A stretch of DNA of 64,000 bases, taken from an uncultured Armatimonadetes bacterium. Lineage in GTDB: Bacteria; Armatimonadota; Hebobacteria; Hebobacterales; Hebobacteraceae. Position 1 is the stretch's first letter; each line of letters opens with the position of its first letter. Shown here piece by piece: positions 61,073 to 64,000 of this stretch. The position numbers and the translations under genes are program-made. The stretch lies in NCBI GenBank assembly GCA_963716175.1, contig OY970296.1, positions 2,272,001 to 2,336,000 on the forward strand. Direction: 5' to 3'. The notes under the pieces were generated by a model. That model ran no database searches. It was given only the letters and a program-made list of their open reading frames with translations, and was not told where the DNA came from.

Positions 61073-61780
61073 ATGACAATGGATCGCCGAGGGTTCCTCC
61101 AGCTGGCCGGTGCCAGCGCCATTGCCGCCTCCCTGGGGCGCATGGGCCTCTCGGCGCCGGAGAAAGGAGAGAGTGAGAAGATGGCACATGAGCTTCCGCC
61201 GCTGCCGTACGCGTATGACGCGCTCGAGCCTTACTACGACGCGGAGACGGTGCGCCTGCACCATGACATCCACCATGCCGGCTACGTGAAGAACTGGAAC
61301 GCGGCCGAGGAGCAGGTGGCGAAGATGGCGGCCGCCGGCGACTTCGCCGGGGCGAAGACGGCCTGCAAGATGCTGGCCTTCAACGCCTCCGGCGCGGTCC
61401 TGCACGGCCTGTTCTGGACCAACATGAAGCCGGGGGGAGGGGGGGTGCCGGGCGGCGAGCTGATGCAGGCGATCAACGCCAAGTACGGCAGCTTCGACGC
61501 CTTCAAGGGCCTCTTCCTCGCCGCCGCCGACTCCGCCGAAGGCTCTGGCTGGGCCATTCTCGCCTATGACAAGCCGAGCAAAGCCCTGGTGGTGCTGCAG
61601 GCGGAGAAGCACGAGAACTTCACCCAGTGGGGGGTGACCCCCCTCCTGGCGCTGGATGTGTGGGAGCACGCCTACTACCTCAAGTACCAGAACCGGCGGC
61701 CGGAGTGGACGAAAGCCTTCATGGAGCACCTCGTCAACTGGGACGACGTGGCGAAGCGGCTGGCCGAGGCGAAGGCCTGA
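61073..61780 (+). CDS. Fe/Mn superoxide dismutase with Tat signal peptide
   Basis: DRRGFL, LPPLPYAYDALEP, HHDIHHAGYV, GSGW, DVWEHAYY. Confidence 0.93.
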   Translation: MTMDRRGFLQLAGASAIAASLGRMGLSAPEKGESEKMAHELPPLPYAYDALEPYYDAETVRLHHDIHHAGYVKNWNAAEEQVAKMAAAGDFAGAKTACKMLAFNASGAVLHGLFWTNMKPGGGGVPGGELMQAINAKYGSFDAFKGLFLAAADSAEGSGWAILAYDKPSKALVVLQAEKHENFTQWGVTPLLALDVWEHAYYLKYQNRRPEWTKAFMEHLVNWDDVAKRLAEAKA

Positions 61781-61800
61781 GCTGGCCTGGAGCTTGGAGC

Positions 61801-61830
61801 GCGGGAGGGCGCAGAGCTGCGCCCTCCCGC
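61801..61830. terminator. 14-bp perfect hairpin after sod
   Basis: GCGGGAGGGCGCAG-AG-CTGCGCCCTCCCGC. Confidence 0.5.
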
Positions 61831-61925
61831 CGCGCTTGTCTCGGGCCGACCTCGCCAGGCGATCCAGCAACACAGGTGAGCGCCGCTCCCGCGGGGAAAG
61901 ATAGGGCTGAGACGAGGCAGGCCGA

Positions 61926-62687
61926 TTGGAAGCAGAGAAGCGGGGCGATCTGGTTTCCCACCTCACCGAGCTGCGGGCGCGCCTGGTGCGAGCCATCCTC
62001 CACGCTTCCCTCGGCATGCTGGTGGTCTGGATCTTCTACCGGCCCCTGTACGCGTTCCTGACCCATCCCATCACCGCCGGCATGAAGGCGGTCGGGGGCC
62101 AGCTCACTGTGCGCGGGCTGATGGAGGGGTTTCTCATCAAGTGTGAGATCGCGCTGGTGGGCGGCGTGATCCTCGCCTCCCCCTTCATCATCTACGAGGT
62201 GTGGGCTTTCGTGTCTCCCGGGCTCACGCGAAGCGAGCGGAGCGCGGTGGCCCCGCTGATCCCGGCCTCGATTCTGCTGTTCCTGATGGGCGTCGCCCTC
62301 GGCTACCTGATCACCGGCCCTTCCGTGGCCTGGCTGATGCTGTACGTCCCGCCGGACACGCGCGCCCTGCTCACCCTGAACGACACCCTGCTCCTGGTGC
62401 TGAAGTTCTATCTCGCCTTTGGCGCGGCCTTCCAGCTCCCCGTCGTGCTGGTGGTCCTGGCCAAGATCGGCCTCGTCAACTCTCGCCTGCTGAGCAAGCG
62501 CTGGCGAGAGGCCACGATCGCGATCTTCTTGATCGCGGCCATCATCACTCCCACCTGGGATCCGATCACCATGACCGTGTGCGCCATACCGATGGTGGTG
62601 CTCTATCTCGGAACCATCTGGATCATCAAGCTGATCGAGCGCGGCCACCGACGGGCCGCCAAAGCGGAGGAGTCGCCGGCAGGATGA
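61926..62687 (+). CDS. tatC: Twin-arginine translocase subunit TatC
   Basis: HLTELRARL, YEVWAFVSPGL..E, FQLPV, AAIITPTWD. Confidence 0.95.
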   Translation: MEAEKRGDLVSHLTELRARLVRAILHASLGMLVVWIFYRPLYAFLTHPITAGMKAVGGQLTVRGLMEGFLIKCEIALVGGVILASPFIIYEVWAFVSPGLTRSERSAVAPLIPASILLFLMGVALGYLITGPSVAWLMLYVPPDTRALLTLNDTLLLVLKFYLAFGAAFQLPVVLVVLAKIGLVNSRLLSKRWREATIAIFLIAAIITPTWDPITMTVCAIPMVVLYLGTIWIIKLIERGHRRAAKAEESPAG

Positions 62688-63502
62688 TAGACATTCACAC
62701 CCACCTCATCCCCAATAGCGAAGTGTCAGGCTATGGGCCTTGCGTCACAGCCAGTGGGCTGATCGCGGCCATGGACGCCTGGGGCATCGCACAGGCCGTG
62801 GTGCTCCCTCTGGAGAGCCCGGAGTGCGACACCGAGTACGCCATCAGCGCGGAGGTCTTCGCTAGCTGCGAACAGCACCCGGATCGGCTCATCCCCTTCG
62901 TCGGCGTGGACCCGCGAGCCCAGCAGGCGTTGGCCAAGATTCGGCGCTATCACCGGCGGGGGGCGAAAGGCTTCGGCGAGCACAAGTGCGGCCTGGCCAT
63001 GGACGACCCGCGGTCCATGGCCGTCTACCGGCTGTGCGGCGAACTCAAGCTGCCCGTGCTCTTCCATATGGACCCCGACCTGAACCGCGACGAGCCCGGG
63101 CTACCCCGCCTCGAGCGCGCGCTGCGCGAGTCCCCGGACACCCTCTTCATCGCCCACGGCCCGGCCTGGTGGTCAGCCATCTCGGCCGACGATCCGCATG
63201 ACGGCAGCTATCCCACCGGATCGGTGAAGCCGACTGGAGCGGCCGACCGCCTGCTCTCCGACTACCCCAACCTCTATGGCGACATCTCCGCCGACTCCGG
63301 CCACAACGCCCTCACCCGCGACCCGGCCTTCACCGAGGGCTTCCTCGCCCGTCACTGGCGCAAACTCCTCTTCGGCACCGACTTCTTCCACGCCGGCGAC
63401 GTGCCGGCGCAGATGGAGTGGCTGCGTAGCTACCCGATGTCGGAGGACTGGAGGGAGGCGATAGCGCGGGGAAACACTCAAGGGCTACTGCAGCGGGGGT
63501 GA
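62684..63502 (+). CDS. Amidohydrolase_2 family protein
   Basis: IDIHTH, LPVLFH, FIAH, LLFGTD; ATGA overlap with tatC. Confidence 0.88.
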   Translation: MIDIHTHLIPNSEVSGYGPCVTASGLIAAMDAWGIAQAVVLPLESPECDTEYAISAEVFASCEQHPDRLIPFVGVDPRAQQALAKIRRYHRRGAKGFGEHKCGLAMDDPRSMAVYRLCGELKLPVLFHMDPDLNRDEPGLPRLERALRESPDTLFIAHGPAWWSAISADDPHDGSYPTGSVKPTGAADRLLSDYPNLYGDISADSGHNALTRDPAFTEGFLARHWRKLLFGTDFFHAGDVPAQMEWLRSYPMSEDWREAIARGNTQGLLQRG

Positions 63503-64000
63503 ACTGAGTGAGGATCGAGCACTCACTAATGATGTTCGCACAACAAGTAATGTGCGAACATCGCCCTGTACCTGTCTGGGCCGCTTCTTGAGCTTCGCCG
63601 CGTTACTTCATTCGGCGAAGCTCCTTAGATGGGGACGAGGTTGGAGGAAGACACTGACCCCGCCGGAGGATTCCAGGGGAAAGGGCAAGGCCAAGAGCAC
63701 TCTCGGCAACGGGGTTAGCGGGTCCGTAGAGCTGCTGTCGCAGGTGGTAACGCTGAAGTCAGCCAGGGAGGCACGGCCATCTGAGGCGTGGGCATAGTTC
63801 AGTGGACGTTCTGACTCGTCTCAGCAATGGCCACGTTGACTTCAGACTGCTTCGCCTGGCGGCTACCGGTGGCGCAATGGCTCGCCGACCAGCCGCGGCG
63901 CCAGCTCCAGGTGGCGCTCAGAAAGCATGTTCTGTCTGCGCCGCCTCTCAAGACCACGCCTGAAAGCGGCTTCGACCTGCTCGTGCCAAGGGATCACTGC

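Overview
GC-rich bacterial chromosome segment. SLH and H-X9-DG proteins, hldE and the 16S sequence suggest Armatimonadota, but this is inference. Roughly 1-40 kb is accessory. It holds a CHASE2 histidine kinase plus a secreted TPR-CHAT protease with near-identical 120-bp repeats, a ~5.4-kb island between an intact and a chimeric tRNA-Phe (GIY-YIG nuclease, two DUF6236-like proteins), a decayed replicon module (Spo11/TopoVI-A-like, primase-polymerase, stand-alone DnaG-type zinc finger), and carbohydrate-active and small-molecule-modifying genes. Roughly 40-64 kb is mostly housekeeping: tdh-kbl, rpoD-dnaG-nfo-hldE-nth-purA, a 16S-tRNA-Ile-tRNA-Ala unit with no adjacent 23S and a hicBA module in its spacer, tyrS, sod, tatC. 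The most striking unexplained signal is a dispersed, same-orientation intergenic element with seven copies between 477 and 32796. It combines a ~70-nt covarying hairpin (+ strand) with a promoter/SD/short ORF on the opposite strand. Three 130-bp TA-flanked MITEs and GTAG-type REPs are also present. Three short-indel frameshifts (rpoD, degT, one Gfo gene) probably reflect assembly error. All family assignments come from motifs recognised by eye, not from database searches.
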